Positions 37,642 through 48,593 of a DNA stretch of 64,000 nucleotides are shown piece by piece (the stretch's first letter is position 1; each line of letters opens with the position of its first letter). This DNA comes from Piromyces finnis finn. Lineage: Eukaryota; Fungi; Neocallimastigomycota. Made by a program: the position numbers and the translations under genes. The stretch spans positions 124,001 through 188,000 of the forward strand of contig MCFH01000034.1 in the NCBI GenBank assembly GCA_002104945.1, given 5' to 3'. The notes below the pieces were generated by a model. It did not search any database. It saw only the letters and a list, made by a program, of their open reading frames with translations, and was not told where the DNA came from.

Positions 37642-39240
37642 GAATCTCATTCGACGAAGATCTTTCTTTGACTCCTATTCTATCTAATATGTACAAAAAA
37701 GTTCAGAAATCTTTATTCTCTTTTAAGAACTTCCTCACCAACAATTGTGTTCCTATTGGCTTAAAAAATATAGTAATTCATTCTTATATTTTAAGCAAAA
37801 TCTCTTATTATGCTCCTTTACTTGGTTCCAACAAAAATAGAACTAGAAGAGTCCAATCTCTTATCAATACTGCTGTTTTATGGAGTGTCAATAGCTTTCA
37901 CAATAAAAGTTTTAATAACAAAGATTTTGTTTTTGAACGAAATTCATTTATTAGTCTGTATGCTCTTACAAGAGATATGAAGATCCCTACCCTTTCAGGT
38001 ATTTATGCTGCGCAACAAGTGAAATGCTTTATTAAATGAAGAAAATCAAATTGTATTATTAAAGATCTCGTCCGATCTATTCCTCCCATGTCTCATTACT
38101 CTTGGGCCAAAGAATCTTGTTCACTACATAAGAAGCTTATGAAAATAAATATTAAAAGTATTAAAGATATTAGAGGACATTATTGGAATAATAGTAGCCT
38201 AAATAATGGAAGTAAAGCCCTCAGATATACTAACAACAAATTCTTTAATTCAAATCACCTAATGCATATCGGTCTCAACAAACCTCACTTAAATTTAGGA
38301 ATTACCTGGATTATTCGTATTCGATGCGGTTATGAAAATACTACCCGAATTGCTATTGCCAGTAATAGAGTTACTCCTGACTGCCCTCGTGTCTGTCCAT
38401 GTTGCGGATATGACGAACAATCTTTTTACCATTGGATATTAGAATGTTCTGCATTCTCTGAATACAGAGCTTCTTCACTTAGCTTTCTTGACGATCTTTT
38501 TACTCTTTTTTACAATAAATATAAGAATCAATTCATCACATACTTACTCCCCGAAACGGAAGTAAGAAAAACAATTTTTAACTATATTTTTACGTTCCTT
38601 CTTGGTGGAACTTTAGCTTATGATGAGCTACAAATCGATAAGGCGAAACAAAGACATTTGAATGAACAGCTTTACAGTTCATCGGGGTCTCATGTTCCAT
38701 ATGTAGAGGGTCTCGCGGCTTTTCTTACTAAAACAATCCCTATCATTAGTAGCTCTATGAAGCTACTTTTTGATAGGTTTAGTAAGACACCTAACGTAAT
38801 CAAGAGCGCCGACGTCGTACCGATATGGCAAAGGAACATTTCCAATGTTCCGTACACAGGGTTCAATGTTAGTATTTCCTCAAATTCGAATGAAAACATT
38901 ATGAACTCATGGGAGAGTTTAGTGGACACCACACTATCATACCTGATGTTACTTCTTTTTTTTATTTCATTTAATTTATTAGGTAGGGACCAATCCCACA
39001 CAGTACAAATAGCAGAGTTCATTGAACTTTTATGCAACTTAAATAATTATTTTATATTATTTTATATTTATATTTTTATTTATATATATTTTATTATTTT
39101 TATTTATTATTTATTATATCAATATCAATATGTATTATCACCTAATGTTATGTAATATCTCAAATTAAATAAATAAATAAAAGATGTGTATTCTCTTCCT
39201 AGTCTAAAAAAAAAAAAAAAAAAAAATAAAAAAAAAAAAA
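37642..39240 (+). mobile_element. 5'-truncated, nonsense-disrupted LINE of a related second family
   Basis: Translation FDEDLSL...SYYAPLLGSNK aligns with family 1 FDKNLSL...SYFAPLLGSNK. In-frame TGA at 38037-38039 sits where family 1 has W (FIK*RKSNCII vs FNKWKNSNCII). CPCCGYDEQSFYHWILEC knuckle. A-rich tail ~39206-39240. Confidence 0.85.
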
Positions 39241-39425
39241 TACTATTTTTATTATTGATAATTTATTTACTATTATAATAATATTATTAAAATCATTTTA
39301 TTTTTTATTGTCATTATTGTTATTATAAAATTTAAGATAAATAGTTGTATGAATTATTCTACATTTAAAATTTTTATTTTTTAAAGTGTTACAAAAAAAA
39401 TAATTTATTATATAAATATTCAAAA

Positions 39426-40964
39426 ATGAAATTATTTTTTATTAGTGTTTTTATTACATTAATAAAATTCACATTTTGTTCTAAAGATAAAGGTAAATAT
39501 CTTAAACTGAATAAAAGTGATGAAGAGGCATATTTAGTTGCTAAAAATTGTGAAGAAGTATATATATGTTATAAACATACTAAAGAGAATTGGATACTTG
39601 GAGGTGATATTTTAGAAAAATGTTATTATTGAGGTGAACTATTAGATGATAAAATTAATGTAGATGAAAATAGTTTCAATAATCCAGATAAATGCTCAAT
39701 TAAAAGATATACTTATGTTTCAACTGACGCTTGTTTTATGTCAAGTACTGGAAAAAATAAAATTATTAAAGGTTTTACTTCAGTACAATTATTACCTTAC
39801 TATGATATTGATATTATTAATAATCGTGTTTTAACTGAGATGGGATGGTGTATACATTCATATGAAATTATAGATTCTAACTGGTTGAGTTATATTGATG
39901 ATGATTTACGTATTAATCAAATTAATATTCCTGGTACTCATGATACTGGAACGTATAATATAGTGAAAATATGGTATAAGGATTCATCTGTTAGTGTATC
40001 AAATCTAGCAGTAGTTATAGTTGAAGCATCATTAAAAACTTATACTGCACAAACTCAAGATCTAAGTATTACAGAACAATTGGAAAATGGAATTAGATAT
40101 TTAGATATAAGATTAGCTTTAGATAGTGAAAATAGTCCATTTTATCTTTGTCATGGTCCTTTTGTATGTTATGATAATAATGGTCAACAATATCTTTATT
40201 TTAAATCAGTAATTAAATATTGTATAGATTTTTTAAATGAGCATAAAAAAGAAACGATTATTTTACATTTAAAGAGAGAAAATATTAGCAAAAAAATAGA
40301 AGATAAGAGTATTGGAATATTAATTAAATTAATTGGTAAACAAATGTATAGCAAAGATAAAAGATATTTAGATTATTTCTATGTTCCAAATAGTATTGAT
40401 GATAATTATACTAATGCTATAAACCAACTCTTGGTGAAATATGAGGTAGAATTATTTTCTTATCAAGATCTAAATTTTATTATAATGATAAAAGTATTCA
40501 ATCAACTTATCCAAAAAACAATTCTACAGCAAAAAAAAGAATCGGCAATTGGGTTTTATAGAGACATAAAAGATAAAGGAAATTGTAAAGATGATCCATT
40601 TGATAAATATAAAGATATATGTGAACCAATGGTAAAAAAAAATTTTCGTTGTCAAGATGATTATAAGCTTACTCCAAAATTGAAATGGTTGGTTGTAGCT
40701 GATTCACTGTTAGATGATAATAAATTTAATTATAAATATGATAATTATTTAGCACATACACTTAATTTTATGAATGTAGCATTTACTAATACCTTTCCTA
40801 ATTCTATTTCCTTAGCAGCCAAATATATGAATAAACATTTAACAGATTTTCTTAAAGCCAATCAAGTTATAAATGAATGGTTTGTTTTAGATTTTCCATC
40901 TATTAATGGTATTCGCGAAATTTATAATTCCAATTTTGGTGTAAATAAGCCACTATTATACTAA
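39426..40964 (+). pseudogene. Secreted PI-PLC X-domain (bacterial-type phosphatidylinositol phospholipase C-like) pseudogene
   Basis: Signal-peptide ORF 39426-39632 continues in frame past TGA into the 39738 ORF. Motifs WLSYIDDDLRINQINIPGTHDTG, QTQDLSITEQLENGIRYLDIR, LCHG, FLNEHKKETIILHLKRE. The PTLGE-x-x-GRII motif lies in a shifted frame with another stop. Confidence 0.8.
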
Positions 40965-41395
40965 AGTATAATAATTGTATTTGACTTCCAATGAGACACC
41001 GAGTCAAAGATCAAAACTTTATTATGGGACAAAATTATGATTTTCATCAGTTGCGCTGGCTCTCCTGGCCTGTCTTACTGTTTCTTCAGCATTGACGCTC
41101 TTGGATGTTGCTTCAAACCTTTTGAACATTGACCATTGCTGGCCAATAGCAAAAGGCATGATTTTGGTTAGAAGTTCCGCGGTTACCGTCAAGAATGGTG
41201 TTCCTTCATTAGTACCAGATTGAATCTGACGCTTACAAAGTTCTTTCCATTCCCTTGAATTGTAATTAATATTGTTAAAACTTCTTCCCCCAAGAAGGAA
41301 TTTAAATATTTTACTGCACACACTAGAATAATCATACACATTAATATTCACCGGATTATCATCCTCATTATTACTACTATTACTGTTATTTCTAA
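40947..41395 (-). mobile_element. Inverted 3' fragment of LINE family 1
   Basis: Minus ORF 41022-41351 equals the last ~109 aa of the LINE ORF, followed by the first part of the 3' UTR. A further decayed 3' UTR piece lies at ~41485-41575 on the minus strand. Confidence 0.92.
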
Positions 41396-42013
41396 AACTA
41401 TAATTATTGAATTTTTTTTATTATAAAACAACAAATATTTTAAAACCTTTATTATTATTTTAACTAAAACTATTTAAAAATAAATTTAAAATTTAAAAAA
41501 TAATTTAAACACAAATGAATAAAAAATGGGTAATATATTCTAGTAATTTTAATTAGAATAAGAAAGCTACTATTATCTATTATTTTTTAATATACTTATT
41601 GATATAATTACTATATATATTATAATATTATAATAGAATATTTAAATATTCTATTATATAAAAAAATAATTTTTGTACTTTTTTCTTTGGTTTTATGAGA
41701 GAATGTATGAATAAAACAATATGTATTTAAATTCTTTAACATTTTATTAATTCCCATTAAAAATAATCATTGAAAACTGTATTTAAAATAAATATTTTTT
41801 TTTTTTTTTTTAATTTTTTTTATTTATGTGTTATTATCAATATTAATCATTAATAAATGATTAATAAAGTTTACATATTAATTAAAGTTAATTATAAATA
41901 TCATAAATAATATAATTATTTAAGATACTATTATAATTTAGTTTTTAATATTTTTATAATATGTAAAAATAAAATATAAATAAAAGCTGTTAATATTAAA
42001 TGATTTAATTAAT

Positions 42014-43768
42014 TTAGAAAGGTGGGTTAGCGTTTTGTAATAATTGGACAAAGTAATCATGGAACCATTGACCAGCATCTGGAGATCCTGGAAGAGAATC
42101 TTCACGAGCACAAACTGGATCAGCTCTAGAACCAGTTGAGGAACCATCAGCTTCACCTGGAGTCTTAAGCCACATGTAAGCATCTAATAATGGCATACTA
42201 GCATCTGGATTACCCTTTGGATGTAAACCAAAACCAGTTCCAATGAAGTTACACCAGGTTTCAGTCTTACTGAAACTTTCAGTAATATCAACACCACTAC
42301 GACCGGTATCAACAATGAAGTGAACATCATTAACACCAACAGCAGCGAGAGAAGCAGCAAGCTTTTGGTGGTATTGGTATTCAGCGCTAACTGGTTGGTA
42401 GTTAGAAACATTAGTACTTAAACCACGAATCTTACCGTTTGGAGCTCCATCTAAAATTTCCTTAATAACAGTGGCAACCTTATCAGTAACACCACCTAAC
42501 CATTTACCGTGAGCAGCATCAAGGTAAACACTGACATTACTCATAGCACCGAAGACATTAACAGCGTAAGATAAAGCGTTTTTGTGTAAAGTGTGAACAG
42601 TCTTACAGGCTTCACTGCTACCAGTTACAAGGTTACCAAGAGTATCTGGTTCAACAACCATAACAACCTTTGATTCTGGGTGACTACGAATAGTGTTAGA
42701 AATGTCATCAATGTAACCCTTGTACTTTTCAAGACTAGAAGCACCACCAGCAGAAGCTAAACTGTTACAATCACGAGTTGGAATCATGTAAAGAAGGAAA
42801 ACAACAGTCTTAGAACCAGCAGCAGCAAGGTGACCTTCAACTTCACCTGGAGCACCATCCCAAGCTAACCAAACAGCAGTTGGAACTTGCTTGACCTTTT
42901 CGGCCTTAGCAGCTAAATCACCACTTAACTTTGGAATTGAAGAATCGATTTCTTCAATGAATCTTGGATTAGCATAGATTTCGTTTAGGAAGAAGTTTTG
43001 GCTGCTTCCACTGCCACCTCCCATTTGTGGTGGTGATTGTGGAACATTAGTGTTTTGGTTACCATTAGCTGGAACAGTCTTGGAAGTGATATTGTTACCA
43101 TTACCTGGGAGAGTTTTTGAAGAGAAATCATTGTTACCATTACCTGGAAGAGTCTTTGAAGAGAAATCATTGTTGCCATTACCATTAGCTGGAATAGTCT
43201 TTGAAGAGAAATCATTGTTACTATTACCGCCGTTAGCTGGGATAGTTTTACTACTATTGGTAATTGGTAAAGTCTTAGCATTAGATTGTCCATTATTTGG
43301 AATAGCTTTTGTGGATTGGCCATTATTATTGTTGTTCCAGTTATTGTTACCATTGTTATTCCATTGGTTATTGTTATTGTTTTCCCAATTCCAACCATTT
43401 TCATTATTACCCCATTGGTTATTGTTCCATTGGTTGTTGTTATTATTATTATTCCAACCATTGTTATTCCATTGATTATCAGCAGCTGAATTGTTTGAAA
43501 CTGAACCAGATGGATCTTCTTGACATTGAGAATACCATTCATTCATAGCAACACATTTGTAACCAGATTGACAACAGGTTTCTCCAGTGAAGTTGTTACT
43601 ATATATATTTTTTATATTAGAAATATTTAATTAACTTATTTTTAATATAATTTTATTTACTATTTTTTTTAATTACCCTCCACATTGAGCATATGGACCG
43701 GCACATGCAGCATTAGCATATTTAACAACACCAGCACTAAGAATACTAGCAAAAACTAAGAATTTCAT
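42014..43768 (-). CDS. Secreted CBM1-linker-GH6 cellobiohydrolase (CelA-type), paralogue 2
   Basis: Exon 1 43768-43677 (MKFLVFASILSAGVVKYANAACAGPYAQCG). Exon 2 43598-42014. Long N/W-rich plus SKTLP-repeat linker. Full GH6 motif set. Confidence 0.95.
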
Positions 43769-44791
43769 TTTTGAATAAGATTAAGGTATAATATAATAAA
43801 TTATTATTATTATATAAAATAATTAATTTATTTTAATTAATAATGAAAAAAAAAAAAAAGGTAAAAATTCATCTTCTTTTATATATATATATTTTTTTTT
43901 TCATGTTTTATTTTATTTCTATAAACCACTTATGTTTTATTATAAAATTAGATTATTTTATCAATATATTTTTTATTTTTTTTTAATAAATGCTTGATAA
44001 TTAATATTTTTAACTTTTTTTTTTTCTTTTGTAAATATTTGGTAATCAAAGTATAATTTTTAAATTAGCATATTAATTTGTAAATGCTTAATTTTATTTT
44101 ATAAAATTTATAAAGTAATTATTGTTAAATTTATTAAAATAAAATAAAGTAAAAAATAAAAAAAGAATCTAAAAATGTTAATACTTTATTTCTATAAATA
44201 TAGTAATGATACATTTTTAAAAATAAAAATATTTTCCTTTTATTCAAGTCAAAGACTATAAATTTATAATTTATTAGATATCATTTTTTATTTATAACGT
44301 AGATTATAAAAAAAGCATAAAAACATTATTTAATTATACAATAGAGACTATTTCCAATAAAACTTAAAAAAAAAAAAAAATATTCCTAATAATTATATAA
44401 TAAGATTATTTCTTACTTTTTATAATTTGTCAATAAAATTAAATTATTTGTGACAATAATACAATAATGTATCATAACAATTACATTATATTACATATAC
44501 AAACATAATTAAAATATTATTAAAATAATTGATAATTATTGTGGAAAAAAAAATGTTAATAATTTAAATACAAATAAATTCATTTTTTTTATATAAATAT
44601 ATTTATTTATATTGTTATCATATATAAATAATACAATTATAATAAAATACTAATTTTTACATATGCATATTTTTCTTAAACTAAAAATTTAAAATATTAA
44701 ATAAAAGATAGAATAGTATGACTTTTTACAAAAATTTATATATTAAAAATGATTTTTGAGTTTGAATAAATTAAATTTAAATTTATCATAT

Positions 44792-46283
44792 TTAAAATCC
44801 TGGCTTGGCATTCTTTAATAATTGAACGAAGTAATCGTGGAACCATTGACCAGCATCTGGAGCACCTGGAAGAGAATCGGAACGAGCACAAACTGGATCA
44901 GCTCTAGAACCAGTTGAGGAACCATCAGCTTCACCTGGAGTCTTAAGCCACATGTAAGCATCTAATAATGGCATACCAGATGGGTTACCTTGTGGACGTT
45001 CACCAAAACCAGTACCAACAAAGTTACACCAGGTTTCGTTAATACTGAAGGTAGATGAAACATCAACACCATTACGACCGGTATCAACAATGAAGTGCAT
45101 ATCACTTACACCAACGGCAGAAAGAGAAGAAGCAAGCTTTTGGTGGTAACCATATTCAGCGCTAACTGGTTGGTAGTTAGAAACATTAGTACTTAAACCA
45201 CGAATCTTACCGTTTGGAGCTCCATCTAAAATTTCTTTAACAACAGTGGCAACCTTATCAGTAACACCACCTAACCATTTACCGTGAGCAGCATCAAGGT
45301 AAACACTGACATTACTCATAGCACCGAAGACATTAACAGCGTAAGATAAGGCGTTTTTGTGTAAAGTGTGAACAGTCTTACAGGCTTCACTGCTACCAGT
45401 TACAAGGTTACCAAGAGTATCTGGTTCAACAACCATAACAACCTTTGATTCTGGGTGACTACGAATAGTGTTAGAAATGTCATCAATGTAACCCTTGTAC
45501 TTTTCAAGACTAGAAGCACCACCAGCAGAAGCTAAACTGTTACAATCACGAGTTGGAATCATGTAAAGAATGAAGACAACAGTCTTAGAACCAGCAGCAG
45601 CAAGGTGACCTTCAACTTCACCTGGAGCACCATCCCAAGCTAACCAAACAGCAGTTGGAACTTGCTTGACCTTTTCGGCCTTAGCAGCTAAATCACCACT
45701 TAACTTTGGAATTGAAGAATCGATTTCTTCAATGAATCTTGGATTAGCATAGATTTCGTTTAAGAAGAAGTTTTGGCTGCTTCCGCTACTACCGTTGTTG
45801 TTAGAAACTTGGTTATTGTTGTTGTTCCATTGGTTGTTGTTGTTGTTATTGTTGTTCCATTGATTGTTGTTGTTGTTGTTATTATTGTTCCATTGGTTGT
45901 TATTGTTATTGTTGTTTTCCCATGGATTGTTCCATTGGTTGTTGTTGTTATTATTATTATTGTTGTTGTTCCATTGGTTGTTATCAACTGCATTATTTTG
46001 TGGTGGAGTAGATGGTTCAGCAGCACCTTCTTGACATTGAGAGTACCATTCGTTAATGGCAACACATTTGTAACCAGATTGACAACAGCTTTCACCACTG
46101 AAGTTGTTACTATTTGACATAAATCAATAAAATATAAATGATATTAGAAAATTTACAATATTAACTTTATTAATTAATTATGATTACATACCCTCCACAT
46201 TGAGCCCATGGACCGGCACAAGCAGCGTTAGCTAACTTGAAAAGACCAACACTAAGAATACTAGCACAAGCAATAAATTTCAT
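44792..46283 (-). CDS. Secreted CBM1-linker-GH6 cellobiohydrolase (CelA-type), paralogue 3
   Basis: Exon 1 46283-46192 (MKFIACASILSVGLFKLANAACAGPWAQCG). Exon 2 46109-44792. Asn-rich linker with QW motifs. Full GH6 motif set. Confidence 0.95.
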
Positions 46284-48085
46284 TTTCAATTTTAAAAATA
46301 ATACAAAAATAAATTTTTATTATATAATTTTATGTCAAATAAAATATTTATAATAAGTTCAAATTTTTGATTGAATAAAATAATTGATATTTTATATCAA
46401 ATAAAATATATTATTTTTGAATGATTTTTGTAAATTGTGTTTTTTTTTTCTCTTTATATATTATTTTTTTTATTAAAGAATTAATATATCATATAGTATT
46501 ATTAAATATTAAAGTTTCAATTTTAATTTATATTTATTATATAATTTTAAAATAAATTAAATAATCCCTTTCTAACGAATAATATTATTGATCTGCGCAA
46601 AATTTTAATTTATATTCTTACTATTTTCAATATTAAAATCAAGTTTTTATGATAATAAAATTCTACTATTATGATATTATGATAGTCATAGTACTTAATA
46701 TTTTAGTATTTTTTTTTCAAATAATACATATATTAATTTAAGACTATTCCGTCAACATAAATATTATTGTACATGCATATATAACTAGTTATAAAAAACT
46801 CAATAAATATAAAATAATTATAAATATTTTTATATTCAATATATATTAACATGATCTTTTTTAACTTTTTTTTTAATATGTCAAGGAAAATAATTTTATT
46901 ATTTAAAATTAATTTTAATTTTTTGTAATAAATATTTACATAAAAATTATGTTCCAATTTAATCTTTTAAAATTTTAATTTTTAATAATTCATTAAAACT
47001 TTTTTAAACTAAAAACAATATTAAAATTAATATAAAATAAATTAAAATTGTTTCTGATATTTTGCCGTTTATTACTTATTTTCCCAAATATTACTTGAAA
47101 CATAACTATAATTATTATTTATTGGTTTAGGTAATATTTGTAATATTTATTACATAGTAAAAAATAAAAATAAAAAAAAAAAAAACATAACAACGTTATA
47201 AGACCAATTAAAAAAACAACTTTAATATCCTTAAAATAATAAATAGCAACTTATTATAATTAGAATGCTTTACCATTAATTAATGGGTTACATAATGTCT
47301 AAATATCGTAATATTCAATTATGTTAAAAGAAAGAAAGAAGAAAACTAACAATTTATTTTTCCACTTTTTTTTGAAAAACAAAAGGTTGTATAATGAATA
47401 TTACTTTACTTAATTATATTTTTATGTTAATTAAATATGTTATATATAATTCTAACATTATTTCTTAAATAAAAATAACACTTTTTGAGAATTATTTGAA
47501 TAATAAAGTAATATTAATAAAAATATAAAGATTATTTAAAAAAAGTTAATTCAATTATTTAATTTCCTCTTTTTTTTTTTTTCCCATAATGAATCATTAA
47601 CTATATATTAAATAGTTAAAATAGATAAAATTTAATTTTTTATTAATTTAAATGTTTCAAAAAAAGATGCATTAATGGTTGTATTTTAATGTGTAAAAAT
47701 GGATTAATTTAGTTTGTAATACTTTTATATTATTTAAATTTAATAAATATAAACATAAAAGCTTGGTTTATAAAAATTGGAAATATTTACAAATTTAAAA
47801 ATTCTAAAATTTTAAATATATAATTATTAATTATTAATGAATATGAACTTGAGATTTTTATTAAATATTAAATAATAATTATATTTATTTTATAGAATAT
47901 TACATAGAATTATTCTATCTATGCATTACCACATTAAAAATATTATGTCATTAAAAAAAATAGAAATAATATTTAAGGATAATATTATAATAATATAACG
48001 GATATCTTGAGATTAATTATTAAATTATAAATTGTTAATAAGACAAAATAATTTTAAATTGATGTTATGATATTATGATATATAT

Positions 48086-48242
<157 letters not shown>

Positions 48243-48469
48243 TTAATATTAAAAAAAAAAATACTGTAAATTATTAAAAAATGTAGATCATTTAATGATA
48301 TAATAATTTTTATTTTTAAACTCAAAGGTATTTTTTGTTTTATTATTAAAATTGAGAAATTGATTATTATTTTATTTCAATGAAAACAGTTATATTTATA
48401 TATTTATATCATTTATAAATTTTTATTATCTCGAATTTTATATTAATATCAAACATTAGAATTAATAAA

Positions 48470-48593
48470 AGTTACAACAATCAACTGTTTTAGTCTTTGA
48501 TCTATTACAACCTAAATCATTTTCTACCATGTAACCAAATTCATAGTATACCAATGGGCATCCTCTTTTAACTGCATTTTTAAATGTTTCCTT
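48470..48593 (-). pseudogene. Possible Sel1-like repeat coding remnant
   Basis: Reverse strand reads KETFKNAVKRGCPLVYYEFGYMVENDLGCNRSKTKTVDC, resembling the Sel1 pattern KAAEQG-x-x-x-A-x-Y-x-LG-x-MYENG-x-G. No start or flanking exons found. Confidence 0.35.

Noticed and set aside
42184-46117. Overlapping alternative-frame and antisense ORFs in the GH6 genes (42184, 42985, 43050, 43286, 43309, 45760, 45773; also 24150, 24172)
   Set aside because: Shadows of biased codon usage and Asn-rich linkers.
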